A stretch of DNA of 64,000 bases, from contig OY970209.1 of NCBI GenBank assembly GCA_963713855.1, positions 1,408,001-1,472,000 of the forward strand. The letters run 5' to 3'. The translations under genes were made by a program, and so were the position numbers. The DNA is from an uncultured bacterium (lineage in GTDB: Bacteria; Babelota; Babeliae; Babelales; Babelaceae). The notes under the pieces were generated by a model. The model saw only the letters and a list, made by a program, of their open reading frames with translations. It made no database searches and was not told the DNA's origin. Shown here in pieces: positions 30,576 to 40,821 of the stretch (positions are counted from its first letter, which is position 1; the number at the start of each line of letters is the position of its first letter).

Positions 30576-31310
30576 ATGAAATTTTATCGATCTAGTATTT
30601 TCTTTATGCTTGCGATTAGCTCTTGTTGCATTAGCAGTGGAATGGAAAGGCGGCGAACGCATTGGGGTGCTGCACAAACAACCTTAACCATGTTGCGGCA
30701 TATGTTTCCTGGAGAAGTTAAACAGTACGGAATCTCATTTCCTGATGGTAGAGCTTACCAGACGACATCGGGTTCTCACATTGATACTCCAAATGAGGAT
30801 TTTGCTACCGTAGCCTTCTTAGGAGGAGCTGAAGATGCGTCGAAATTCCGGCGAGCTTTATCAAAACATAGAAGAAAATTTGGAAGCATTGATAATCCTG
30901 CTCCATTTCTAATTGATCGAGAGGATGGCCGCCCAATTTTAGCTACGCTTGCGCAACTTGCTGCAATCGCGGGCAATTGGGATGCTCTACACGGGCTTGC
31001 TGCAGAAGGCGCGAATATGAATGCTGTCACTCATGATTTACCTGAAACCCCGCTTCAACTGTTGCAAATCCAGGCAGTGAATGCGGCAAGGGAGTGGGGC
31101 GTGGACGAAACTGCCTTGCTTTCTGAGATAGAAGCAACTTGGACACGAAATATAGAATCTGGCCAAGGAATGATTTCTCGAGTAGCCGATCGCCACCAAT
31201 TGACACGAGAACGAGCACAAGAGAGCCGTCAAAGCTGTCAAACCAAGCTCTTACTGGCAACCTTGATCTTTATACTTGTAATCTGGAATATGACGCCATC
31301 AGGGTCTTAG
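30576..31310 (+). CDS. Exported protein with a degenerate ankyrin-like repeat and C-terminal TM
   Basis: TLAQLAAIAGNWDALHGLAAEGANMN...ETPL; signal peptide then ME; hydrophobic C-terminus. Confidence 0.7.
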   Translation: MKFYRSSIFFMLAISSCCISSGMERRRTHWGAAQTTLTMLRHMFPGEVKQYGISFPDGRAYQTTSGSHIDTPNEDFATVAFLGGAEDASKFRRALSKHRRKFGSIDNPAPFLIDREDGRPILATLAQLAAIAGNWDALHGLAAEGANMNAVTHDLPETPLQLLQIQAVNAAREWGVDETALLSEIEATWTRNIESGQGMISRVADRHQLTRERAQESRQSCQTKLLLATLIFILVIWNMTPSGS

Positions 31311-31383
31311 AATATATCTCTCAAACTAAGAACAAAAGCACAAAAAGCATCAATTTTGGATCAAGCCTAATAAATACTATAGC

Positions 31384-31417
31384 CAAGAGAGAGCGCGGCT
31401 AATAGCGCTCTCTCTTG
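31384..31417. terminator. Hairpin between convergent genes
   Basis: CAAGAGAGAGCGC-N8-GCGCTCTCTCTTG. Confidence 0.75.
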
Positions 31418-31431
31418 CATGCCAGTTTTTA

Positions 31432-33396
31432 TCAGTTTAGTTTAGCCAAAGCCATTACATACAGTCGATCCTGTCCAAGTTCATGACCGAAAGTTTCTCT
31501 CAAAGCAGTTTTTTCTTCATAAGACAAGTTAGATAAGATTCCTAAATCAAACGACATGACCATTTCTGCCTGTTTTTGAGACGTCGTTGCATTAACAATT
31601 GACCGAGCTAGAGCCTTATCCCGTTGATCACTATTTTGAGAATTAATCGTAGCAAGAGCGTAGAGTACATCAGCATATTGAGCACCTTCGATAGCATTTA
31701 AATAATCCATCAATTGCGGCTTAATAGCTTGAGAAATATCCCCATGTTCTAACCGCCTTATTATAAAGAGCAGTTTTTCATTGAAAACCTGCTTCAAGCC
31801 AGCATTCGATTGCTTTGACAACAATTCGGCCAACAACGATTCCTGCATATCACCATTGGCAAAAACCATTGATACTTCCACAGTGAACTTTTGAGAATCA
31901 TTTATTCTCTGTTTTGCTTGCAAAGCATCGATAGCGCGACAGAAAGCACTATAATTCTCATGATTCATTGGTAAAATACCCAAAGCATGCCAAAGACCAT
32001 GTTCTAATAGATCGGGATCTTGAGCACGTAAAAGATCAATCATGAATTGCTGAGCGATAACAGTGTTGTCCACAGAAATCAAAGTATCTTCGCCATGCGC
32101 CCTTTGCGCGTAAGACAATACCGAATAAGCTATAGCGGTTATAAGTTTTTTCTTTTTTTCTGTTTGGGTCTCATTGTGGTAAGCATTAATGAACTCTGGA
32201 ACAAGCTCGTAAGCTGACATAGCTCCTAATTTATCAAGCAGATATGAAAACTCATCTACATCACGGTGCTGCGCCAAGCTCCATAGGTAACTCACTTTTG
32301 TCCCATGGGAAATGTTCTCATCGTTGACGTAGGCTTGTATTCTGTCCTGGAATGAATCTGCAGACACTGCTCTTGTATTTTTTATATCAAACGGCGCATT
32401 TTCGCTGCGCTTAAACAAAAAGCTGTTATACGTATGCCGCGGAATTAGTTTTACGTAACGTACGGTCGGTAGTCGTACGTTAAATCCTTTCAGATAACAG
32501 TCAATTACAAAAGTATCACAACGAAATTTACCCCTGATTATACCTCTTTCGGTGATAAATCGATTTTGCGTTTGGTCGTAAACAGATCTTGAAGTATAGC
32601 TTCCTTCTCTCCATTCCTCATCAGAAGTATACTCGGGATTAAATGACATTTGGGCTTTGCCAGCAAATACTGCAGCTTGTGCTTGATAAAAGTCAACAAA
32701 ACCTGAGCCATCAAGCCCGTAGACTTCTCCCCAGTAAGGACTCAATTTTTTAAAACCGCTTAACTTGTTAACTTGTAAAACAGGATGCTCATTCAAAGCT
32801 TCAATGACTGAAGGCAAACCAAACTCCATAAAACCTATATGCCCAGCAAAACTCCAAGGGGGCTGGTTTAAATCGCGCCCCAATACGTCAGCAGTACAAC
32901 TTGAAGTGTACGAACAAAGAGCAGAACCGTCCGAACAATCTGACCTCGAGCCATGGGGACAGCGATAAGACGGCTTTATGACAGCACCTCTGGTAGCTAC
33001 CACATAATTAGGGTCTCGATTATGAATGCATTCAGCTTTCCAAAATTCACTTCTTGCACCCCCTCTACTAATAATCTCATTGTAAACATCCGCTCTATAT
33101 GCCGGAAAATCTTCGGGATATTGATCGGAGTAACTATCAAATTTTGGCCCAACCCAATGGCAGTCCTCAATTGGCTCAGTTTTTATCAATGCGTCTATTA
33201 GTTTGTCCTTACTAGATTTGTGAACATACTCAAAATGAGCATCACAACAACTATCATATTTCGTCGAGGCGTACACAACCGAATCAAACCAATCACCCGA
33301 AAATTCAGGCATAACATCAGCACATAATGACCAACATATATTTGCACTAACAACGAGCGCTATGAGGCGTATCGTGATACTTTGAATGAGCGTCAT
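31432..33396 (-). CDS. Large exported protein with a possible permuted NlpC/P60 domain and helical C-terminus
   Basis: ATG at 33396 behind AGGAGG; Cys-rich N-terminus; GHIG...VIEA...FRCDTFV (His before Cys). Confidence 0.6.
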   Translation of the reverse strand: MTLIQSITIRLIALVVSANICWSLCADVMPEFSGDWFDSVVYASTKYDSCCDAHFEYVHKSSKDKLIDALIKTEPIEDCHWVGPKFDSYSDQYPEDFPAYRADVYNEIISRGGARSEFWKAECIHNRDPNYVVATRGAVIKPSYRCPHGSRSDCSDGSALCSYTSSCTADVLGRDLNQPPWSFAGHIGFMEFGLPSVIEALNEHPVLQVNKLSGFKKLSPYWGEVYGLDGSGFVDFYQAQAAVFAGKAQMSFNPEYTSDEEWREGSYTSRSVYDQTQNRFITERGIIRGKFRCDTFVIDCYLKGFNVRLPTVRYVKLIPRHTYNSFLFKRSENAPFDIKNTRAVSADSFQDRIQAYVNDENISHGTKVSYLWSLAQHRDVDEFSYLLDKLGAMSAYELVPEFINAYHNETQTEKKKKLITAIAYSVLSYAQRAHGEDTLISVDNTVIAQQFMIDLLRAQDPDLLEHGLWHALGILPMNHENYSAFCRAIDALQAKQRINDSQKFTVEVSMVFANGDMQESLLAELLSKQSNAGLKQVFNEKLLFIIRRLEHGDISQAIKPQLMDYLNAIEGAQYADVLYALATINSQNSDQRDKALARSIVNATTSQKQAEMVMSFDLGILSNLSYEEKTALRETFGHELGQDRLYVMALAKLN

Positions 33397-33494
33397 AGAC
33401 AATTCCTCCTTGGTTATTTTGTCCATTAATCAAACCATCTTTACCATACCATGCAAACTTGTGAAGTCGCAGAAAGTTTAAGACTCGGTAACAA

Positions 33495-34763
33495 TTAATT
33501 TACCTGCACCGAACTAAGCAACTGTAGGCGCTCAGCAGAGTTTTTATTAAAATAATATTTCTTCAACAAGAAAGCACTAATTAGTATAGCAGTACCTAAA
33601 GCTAAGGTGCCCCCAACACTAACCCCGATAATACAGCCAACACCACAACCATCATCATCTTGAGAACCACTATTTTGAGATGCAAGTGTTGCTATAATTA
33701 TCGAGCTATTTGGAGTTTCGTCAGAAGGGCCATATGTATTAGCAATAGCAATAAACATACCGTTAGGCGAAAACGAAACTCCAAAAGGGTTGCCGGTTCC
33801 CGATGGTAAGCTGTACGAAAATGGATTAGTTAAACCACCATTCTTTGGATTGGCTGCCGTAAACAAGTTCATATCATTTGATTGGTAATTCACAACAGCC
33901 AGACAATTACCGTTAGGTGAAAACGCCAATGCATTCGGCTTATTGGAATTTGATGGTAAAACATACGAGGTCGGCTGACCAATCACCTTATCATTTACCT
34001 CAAACAAAGTTACATCATTTGAATCGTAATTTGTGGAAGCAAGATACGAGCCATCTGGCGAAAATAGAACGGCGCCCGGCTTACGAGAAGTAGAGGGCAA
34101 TGGGTGCGAAGTACCATTCGTGAGTTTTCCTTCTATGACTCGAAAGACAGTCACATCATTGCTAACTAAATTAGCAGTGGCAAGCAGCGAATTATCAGGT
34201 GAAAAAGTTACCCAATACGTTTCCGATGAGCCTACTGGTAAAGCGTATGATACGCCAGGGCTCAATATTCCACCGGGTTTTACACCAAACATCGTCACGT
34301 CATTTGAAAATACGTTAGCAGTTGCAAGATATAAACCATTCGGCGAAAATGCTATCGATTGAGGATAGGTTGATCCTGAGGGCAAAGCATACGTAGCATT
34401 GACAGCTAAAGTACCACCTGGACTTACGTTAAAAACTGTTACATCGTATGAATAATAATTAGAAGTAGCAAGATATAAACCATCCGGCGAAAATGCTAAT
34501 GAAGAAGGATTATTAGAATGACCTGGCAACGGATAGGTGGCACCTTCATTAATTACTCCATCATTGAATGCAAACATAGTTATTGCATTTGAATTAAGAT
34601 CGGGGCTAGCAAGATATGCGCCATTGGGGGAAAATAATACCAAATTAATCCACTTAACATTGGTATGCAACGAATGCGCCTCCAAGGACGATACATCGCA
34701 GTTCTTAGACTCCAAGTTAGCCACAACAATAAACAGACTCGCTACAAAATACATCTTCATCAT
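33495..34763 (-). CDS. Exported 7-blade beta-propeller with C-terminal TM anchor
   Basis: Seven FSP[ND] blades; TM followed by KKYY and a short tail. Confidence 0.88.
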   Translation of the reverse strand: MMKMYFVASLFIVVANLESKNCDVSSLEAHSLHTNVKWINLVLFSPNGAYLASPDLNSNAITMFAFNDGVINEGATYPLPGHSNNPSSLAFSPDGLYLATSNYYSYDVTVFNVSPGGTLAVNATYALPSGSTYPQSIAFSPNGLYLATANVFSNDVTMFGVKPGGILSPGVSYALPVGSSETYWVTFSPDNSLLATANLVSNDVTVFRVIEGKLTNGTSHPLPSTSRKPGAVLFSPDGSYLASTNYDSNDVTLFEVNDKVIGQPTSYVLPSNSNKPNALAFSPNGNCLAVVNYQSNDMNLFTAANPKNGGLTNPFSYSLPSGTGNPFGVSFSPNGMFIAIANTYGPSDETPNSSIIIATLASQNSGSQDDDGCGVGCIIGVSVGGTLALGTAILISAFLLKKYYFNKNSAERLQLLSSVQVN

Positions 34764-35073
34764 TATCTCCTACTCGCCTTTAAGCTTCTAAACTACCGTC
34801 ATCTCCTTGATGATCCACAAGCGATTTTAAGATATCTTTTACTTTTATTTTTGTCTCCAATTACTTTAGCCATAATTTATAGAATCATTAATTGATTATC
34901 GTCTTATATTTCTCAAACTCAACCATGTAAACCCCATTTAGAAAACTCGAATTTTTTAAAGCCCTTGCTTGAGCTGCAGGTAAAATAATGCAATTATTGA
35001 TATTTTGTACGTAAGTATGGTTAAATATAAAATATAAGTATTTTAAAAACTGTATCATTAGTAGGAAAACCAC

Positions 35074-35511
35074 ATGAAAAAACGTGTACTGTTAATGCTC
35101 TTATTATGCGGTAATTTTTTTAGTACGTCATTTGAGAGTAGCGCGTATACCTCTTTTTCATATGGCGCTAAAGATATATCTCATCGCAAAAGTCGTTCTT
35201 TTAAAAGATTTTTATGGCGCCAAAAACATCGGTTTCCTTTTTTTAGGCGTAGCCCTCAAGCCTCTAGTTACGTTTTTGACGTTTTAGATTACATTGAAAA
35301 GCACAACGGAAAGGCGCCGCCGGGATATGTTGGAGGCAGGGTTTTTAGTAATTATGATCGTCGGTTGCCAATAAACGCTTATTATCATGAGTATGATGTG
35401 CATCCTTTAAGGCAAGGAGTCAATCGAGGAGCTGAACGGCTTGTTAGAGGAAATGACGGCACCGCTTTTTATACACAGGATCATTATAGAACTTTTAAAA
35501 GAATAAAATAA
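35074..35511 (+). CDS. Exported microbial ribonuclease (barnase/RNase Sa/N1-T1 family)
   Basis: GGRVFSN....LP, YHEYDV, RGAERLV, YTQDHY.TF; signal peptide. Confidence 0.92.
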   Translation: MKKRVLLMLLLCGNFFSTSFESSAYTSFSYGAKDISHRKSRSFKRFLWRQKHRFPFFRRSPQASSYVFDVLDYIEKHNGKAPPGYVGGRVFSNYDRRLPINAYYHEYDVHPLRQGVNRGAERLVRGNDGTAFYTQDHYRTFKRIK

Positions 35512-35524
35512 TAAGGGATATCTT

Positions 35525-36028
35525 ATGGAATTTTTAAAACGTATAACAAGCCTTTGCCCACCATATATACACCTTATTTCCGGTAGCAACGAAAAGCTTA
35601 ATCGCCTGGATGAGCTTATTAAAAAAGCAGAAGGTCAAAAGGCGCTCGTAAAGATCATTGATGGTAATAATTGTAAAACGCGTGAACAACTTTTTGAAGA
35701 ATTTGAAGATGTTCTGGAGTTTCCAGACTATTTTGGTCATAATTGGCAGGCACTTGACGAGTGCTTACATGACTTAAGTTGGCTTCCAGCAATGGCATAC
35801 ATTCTCATTATCAAAGATTTTAATAAAGTTCTGAAAGATTCAAAAGAAGATAAAAAAATTCTCATCGATATACTTGTAAAGACCTGCAATGCGTGGGCAA
35901 GCGGACAACATTACGGTGCTCTTACAAGAAAGCCAACCCCATTTCACGTTCTTTTACATGCCACTGAGCACACGAGGGTGGAGATTCTCCTTCTTTCGGA
36001 AACTCCCCAAGTTCATGAGCTTGATTAA
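35525..36028 (+). CDS. Barstar family ribonuclease inhibitor
   Basis: IDG......LF......L.FPDYFGHNWQALDECLHDLSWL; 13 bp after the RNase. Confidence 0.92.
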   Translation: MEFLKRITSLCPPYIHLISGSNEKLNRLDELIKKAEGQKALVKIIDGNNCKTREQLFEEFEDVLEFPDYFGHNWQALDECLHDLSWLPAMAYILIIKDFNKVLKDSKEDKKILIDILVKTCNAWASGQHYGALTRKPTPFHVLLHATEHTRVEILLLSETPQVHELD

Positions 36029-36160
36029 CTATTATTGGCTTCTAGAAGTATTTTTGAGTGATATTCTTATTTATTGATATCTGAAAATGTGCTATCTTGA
36101 TAGTAGCATCATTATTGCAAAAAGACCTATCAGATGGGTTTTTAACTCTTGGGGATATCA

Positions 36161-36928
36161 ATGACAACTTTAGTACGATTTTTAAATATTGCCGTGTGTG
36201 TGCTGGCGGTAGCCTCTTCAACGCATCTTTCGGCTCAAGACCGTAAAGGGATACGCTTAAAACTTGTAGGCCAGGACGGATATTATGATCCTTATCTTGA
36301 TCGACACGTTTCATGGGATGAGCATCATAGAAACGAGTATGAAAGGGCTACCCAAAAACTGGCAAAACCGGTTGAGCAGGTTGACCCTCTTTGCCGTAAG
36401 CGCTTACTTGATACTTTAGAGGCTACCGGCGCTGGTAGGATATTTGTTGGCGCCATGAAAAAAGCTTTCGGCCCTCAATGGCTTTCAAAAATCCCTGCTT
36501 TAACACTTCCTACCTCTCAAGAAAGAGCTGAGGCTGGCAGATTCAAAGGTGGCACTGGTTACATTGATTATATTGTAGCTTCTGAGCTAGAACAGCTTGG
36601 CACCGCTATTGCGTGGGGATGTGATGAGTACCGAAGACCATTTATTGCTGTGGTATACGATGTCTATATGCTAAACAAACAAGATATTCTTAAACGTGGC
36701 ATAGTCCAAACATTCTTCTTACGATATACCGAAATTCCTGATGTGTGGATGCTTGCAGGTACAGGCTATCTAGGCGCTACAGCTGGGTCAGGTCTTGTGC
36801 GTGCTCAAGATTTTGAGGATGTAGTTACACTCCTTAAAGACGGCTTTGTAACTGTTAAAGGTCCTGAAGGATCACAAAATTATCCATTTGTTGAATTACA
36901 TATACCCCGTTTTGCATCAAGAAATTAG
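36161..36928 (+). CDS. Exported hypothetical protein
   Basis: Signal peptide; GYIDYI, RPFIAV and VQTFFLRY segments; followed by a terminator. Confidence 0.7.
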   Translation: MTTLVRFLNIAVCVLAVASSTHLSAQDRKGIRLKLVGQDGYYDPYLDRHVSWDEHHRNEYERATQKLAKPVEQVDPLCRKRLLDTLEATGAGRIFVGAMKKAFGPQWLSKIPALTLPTSQERAEAGRFKGGTGYIDYIVASELEQLGTAIAWGCDEYRRPFIAVVYDVYMLNKQDILKRGIVQTFFLRYTEIPDVWMLAGTGYLGATAGSGLVRAQDFEDVVTLLKDGFVTVKGPEGSQNYPFVELHIPRFASRN

Positions 36929-36939
36929 GCTCTATAGAT

Positions 36940-36970
36940 AAAGGTGCTGGCAAAGCCAGCACCTTTTTTT
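36940..36970 (+). terminator. Rho-independent terminator
   Basis: AAAGGTGCTGG-CAAAG-CCAGCACC followed by seven T. Confidence 0.85.
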
Positions 36971-37202
36971 GTCAGCTCTTTTAAGCTATCGCTTTGCCTA
37001 AAGCTCTTGAAAATCGAATCAAGTACCAGAAAGCTACATCAAGTGATGTCTTTGTTGAATTGACTTTGCGCAGATGATCTTGATACATTTATTAGTACAA
37101 ATATTAAGTTATTTTTATTTGAAAAATAGCTGATGGTAAATTTTGTGTGGGTTTTACTTTCTCCATCTTTAAAAAAGAGCTTTCAGAAAAAAGGAGAATG
37201 CA

Positions 37203-37631
37203 ATGAAGTATTTTAAGAGTTTAGCAATGTTACTCGTTGCGACGCTAATGCCTGTGGCTGGGCATGCCGCGTTATTCACGATTCAAAATAATGGAATAAA
37301 CTCCGTTCAGGTCACTCTCGATGTAGTTAATGAAATTACGGGTAATAGCCTGACGCCGCTCACCGGTACTGCTGTCCCAGGAAAGCCACCTATACAGCTT
37401 GATGCTCATGGGGGTAACTGCGCTTGGGGTGTTAGACTTTCAAAAGGAGAAGGAAGATTTGATGCATGGGGTGCAGCCACACAGGTTAACGGAACGGATG
37501 CTACCGGAACGAAGCCTGTTCAAATGTGTCACGACGGAACCATTACGTTGACCACAGCACCGGCTTCTGGACCACAGGGTGCAGTGGGTATGGTAGTATG
37601 GACTATAAACAATCCAACTTCTTACCCTTAA
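37203..37631 (+). CDS. Small exported protein, paralog A
   Basis: Signal peptide; LTGTA, LDA..NC...RLSKGEG..D..G, WTI.NP shared with the next gene. Confidence 0.8.
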   Translation: MKYFKSLAMLLVATLMPVAGHAALFTIQNNGINSVQVTLDVVNEITGNSLTPLTGTAVPGKPPIQLDAHGGNCAWGVRLSKGEGRFDAWGAATQVNGTDATGTKPVQMCHDGTITLTTAPASGPQGAVGMVVWTINNPTSYP

Positions 37632-37724
37632 ACGTACCAGTGCAGCGTTTTTGTGATTATGAATCTATCGGCAAGGGCAGTTTTCTGAGGCTGTATCAAA
37701 ATGAAGAATTATAAGGAGAGAAAA

Positions 37725-38147
37725 ATGAAGTTTTTAGGAAGATTACTATGGTCAATTAGTATAATGTTAACGCCGGTAACAGCTCTACAGGCAGCGGTAT
37801 TGACCATTGAAAATAGAGGAATATATTCTGTTCAGATCGATCTTTCTTTAGTCGACCGCGATAACCAAATCAAAAGTGCCGGTATACTTACTGGCACAGC
37901 TCCTGCAGGAAGGATGATACGACTTGATGCGGGCAAAAATTGTGTAACAACAATCAGGCTTTCCAAGGGAGAGGGAGGACTTGATGTCCATGGTGACATT
38001 ACGAAATACAATGTTAACGACGCCGATGCCAGCGGAGCAAAGCAGGTAAGAATATGTAATAATGCAACCATTACCTTAACAAATGAGCCCGTTCCAGGCG
38101 TATGTCCCGTACGGTGGACTATTCAAAATCCATCAATCCCACACTAA
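37725..38147 (+). CDS. Small exported protein, paralog B
   Basis: ATG at 37725 behind AAGGAG; collinear similarity to paralog A. Confidence 0.8.
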   Translation: MKFLGRLLWSISIMLTPVTALQAAVLTIENRGIYSVQIDLSLVDRDNQIKSAGILTGTAPAGRMIRLDAGKNCVTTIRLSKGEGGLDVHGDITKYNVNDADASGAKQVRICNNATITLTNEPVPGVCPVRWTIQNPSIPH

Positions 38148-38421
38148 CCATTTTGACTACAGTCTGCAAATCTTCTATTTAAACCGCCAAAGCTTCTCGT
38201 TCACAGTTTTTCTTGTGCGCAGGAAGCCAAGGCGGCTTTCATTTGATCTTTTTTTTTGCTCCAAAGCGCTTCTTTTTCCTCAACTTCTTTTAATTTGATA
38301 AAATCGAGCGAAGGTACTATGATGACTTCGTTCATCAACGAAATATACAATTCTTGAGATACCTATACCAGCAATTAGCTGAAAAATACGTCGGGTTTCA
38401 TACTTAAAAAGGAGAGTATCT

Positions 38422-39273
38422 ATGTACTTGAAAGCTACAGCATTGTGTCTTATTGGTCTTTCGTTCCTACTTACAACTCATGAAACGCGTCCATTTAAAG
38501 TGGGAAACGTAGAGGTTACCAAAGAAGGTGCAGCGATGGGGGTGGGCGCTACAGGACTGGCGATATATTTTGGAATCGCAAATCTTAATAGGGATGCAAT
38601 TGGAACCGTTCGTGGCCTCGGTTTTACCCAAGAGGAAGCTAAAGGGCTTACAGTTATTTTAACCGTGCTCTTTGTATTACAAGCACTAGGTTTTCATAAC
38701 ATAACGTGGCCTGTATGGCTGTTAGGTATTGTAACGGTATCTAAGTTGCTTCAAGGTGGCGTTGATCCAGTTCGAAGATTGGGAAGGCGTATAGAATATG
38801 GCCATTTACCTTTAGCAATGGCAGTTATTCTTATGGGCGTTTTTGCGATTTGGCAGCAGGGCGCAGTAGTATTCAATCATAAAACCTTGTCTGATTTTAT
38901 AGGTATGTTTTTAGCTACTTTTGGCACACTGAAAGCAATAAACTTTGAACACTTCATAGCTCCTTTCGTGCAGTATGACTTAATAGCGTCGTTTTTCAGT
39001 CTGTACGCCTACCTGTATCCGATTATTGAACTCGCTGTTGGGTCAGCTATCTTGAGCAATGCATATGTTGATGTAGCAACAACAGTAACAGCAGGATTAG
39101 CCGGTCTTGGTATTGTGGATGCGCTTGTTACATTGTTGAAGGGTAAGGTTGTCATTCCTAATCATTTAATCAGTTTCAGAGTAGCACCTCCTTTGCAGGT
39201 GACTGAAACGATACTGATGGCCATAGCAAGCTGGGCCAAACTATTACCTCTATTTCGTAAGATAGGTTTTTAA
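38422..39273 (+). CDS. Membrane protein with MauE/DoxX-like domain
   Basis: FIGMFL.TFG.LK, F.QYDLIA....YAYLYP.IEL; several TM helices. Confidence 0.65.
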   Translation: MYLKATALCLIGLSFLLTTHETRPFKVGNVEVTKEGAAMGVGATGLAIYFGIANLNRDAIGTVRGLGFTQEEAKGLTVILTVLFVLQALGFHNITWPVWLLGIVTVSKLLQGGVDPVRRLGRRIEYGHLPLAMAVILMGVFAIWQQGAVVFNHKTLSDFIGMFLATFGTLKAINFEHFIAPFVQYDLIASFFSLYAYLYPIIELAVGSAILSNAYVDVATTVTAGLAGLGIVDALVTLLKGKVVIPNHLISFRVAPPLQVTETILMAIASWAKLLPLFRKIGF

Positions 39274-39394
39274 GTTTTTGTGACAGGTGAGGTTGATCTT
39301 TTTGGCCAACCTTACCTGTTTTTTGGCGTTTGCGGTCATATAAAAAGTGAGCTATGATAGCACTACTTATGCGACTTTTTCAAAAAGGAGCACC

Positions 39395-40411
39395 GTGATA
39401 AAGCATAGCATAGCTCTCATACTTAGTGCCTTATTGTGCACTTTCTTATTTTGCGCAGCCGATGGCACTAAAGAGGTGTTTCTTGCAGAATCGCCTTACT
39501 CTTTAGAAGCACATTTTAGTGCTCTTTTTTTACGGCCAACGAGTATTCTTGACTATGCTGCTGAAGCCCCACCACGTCCTTCATCACAGCGCACCAGAAT
39601 ATTCGATATAAATCCTGATTTTCATTTTGGTTTTGATGTAGGCTTTGATGCGGTTGTTTCAGGCACTAACACAAGTATAGCCTTTGACTGGAAGCATTTA
39701 AGGTCTGCACATTCGGCAGCCCATAATGCCTTACGTGAAAACGTGATCGGACCCCTATTTGCGATAGGCGAGTCTGACTACAAAAAAGCTCGCGGCCATG
39801 TGAATTTCAAGTTTGACGAAATTACCGTTACTGCTGGCCAATTGGTGCATTTTGGAGATTGTTTGCAAACAAATTTATTTGCCGGTGTTCGTTTTGCAAG
39901 GATCAGGCAATGCTTGCTTTCACGTTTTGCAAATACTGACAAGTCCATTGTACGTACACTTGAAGCTCCTTCTCAATTTATGGGAACTGGACTTCTTATC
40001 GGGTTTAGTTTTGCTTATAATTTCTTAAGTAATCTCTACTTTACGGGAAATGCATCAGCGGCACTTCTTGTGGGATCTATACACAATCAGACAGATTTTA
40101 CTGCCATTTCACCAACAATACCTCCTGTGCAAAGTACGGCCGTACAAAAAAGGCGTTGCACCGTGCCTACTTTTGAGGATAAGATTGCTCTCGCATGGTA
40201 CTTTGGCATAGGTGAGGCACGTATGAGTATTGAGGCAGGTTATTTTATTACCCTTTTTATTAATGCCCTACAGTCTATCAATATAAGCAACGATGTTATC
40301 ACTTTACCTAAAGGGCCTGACGCAGCTCGCGTATTCGCCCATACTTTTCATCGAACAGCAAGCAATTTCGCTCTCAGTGGACCTTACGTGACCGTATCTC
40401 TTGCTTACTAA
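39395..40411 (+). CDS. Outer-membrane porin, Legionella MOMP/Lpg1974-like
   Basis: ALFLRP, INPDFHFGFD, AGQLV.FG, FAGVRFARI, C-terminal LSGPYVTVSLAY; GTG start behind AAGGAG. Confidence 0.75.
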   Translation: MIKHSIALILSALLCTFLFCAADGTKEVFLAESPYSLEAHFSALFLRPTSILDYAAEAPPRPSSQRTRIFDINPDFHFGFDVGFDAVVSGTNTSIAFDWKHLRSAHSAAHNALRENVIGPLFAIGESDYKKARGHVNFKFDEITVTAGQLVHFGDCLQTNLFAGVRFARIRQCLLSRFANTDKSIVRTLEAPSQFMGTGLLIGFSFAYNFLSNLYFTGNASAALLVGSIHNQTDFTAISPTIPPVQSTAVQKRRCTVPTFEDKIALAWYFGIGEARMSIEAGYFITLFINALQSINISNDVITLPKGPDAARVFAHTFHRTASNFALSGPYVTVSLAY

Positions 40412-40548
40412 AACACATTAAATTTGATGAAATGGCCTACCAAAAGAGCTATCTAACTATCTTTCTGTATGAAAATGTCACAAATTCTTGATTTTTAGTA
40501 ATTAAAATTGCTAACGTTAATTTAGAGTGATGTTATGGATGGTATTTT

Positions 40549-40812
40549 ATGATAAAATATATTTTGTTTCTGGGGATCATCACCTGGTGCTTTCAAGTTC
40601 AACCTGATGACCCCAAACCGTGTCTAACGGCATACGATTGCACAGATTTAAATAATCCGTGCCCATGCTATTCTGCAAAAGAGTGCAAGCTCAGGTCAAA
40701 CGAAGCTACCGATTTTCCAATATTTGAACTGAGAGACTCTGCGCGTAATTACTGCTATTGTACTCCATGGGATTTTGACAATTATAAAAAGTTGTGCGCG
40801 GCTAAGGAGTAA
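40549..40812 (+). CDS. Small exported cysteine-rich protein
   Basis: Signal peptide; eight Cys in the mature part, including CPCY and CYC. Confidence 0.65.
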   Translation: MIKYILFLGIITWCFQVQPDDPKPCLTAYDCTDLNNPCPCYSAKECKLRSNEATDFPIFELRDSARNYCYCTPWDFDNYKKLCAAKE

Positions 40813-40821
40813 GAAGCTCTT

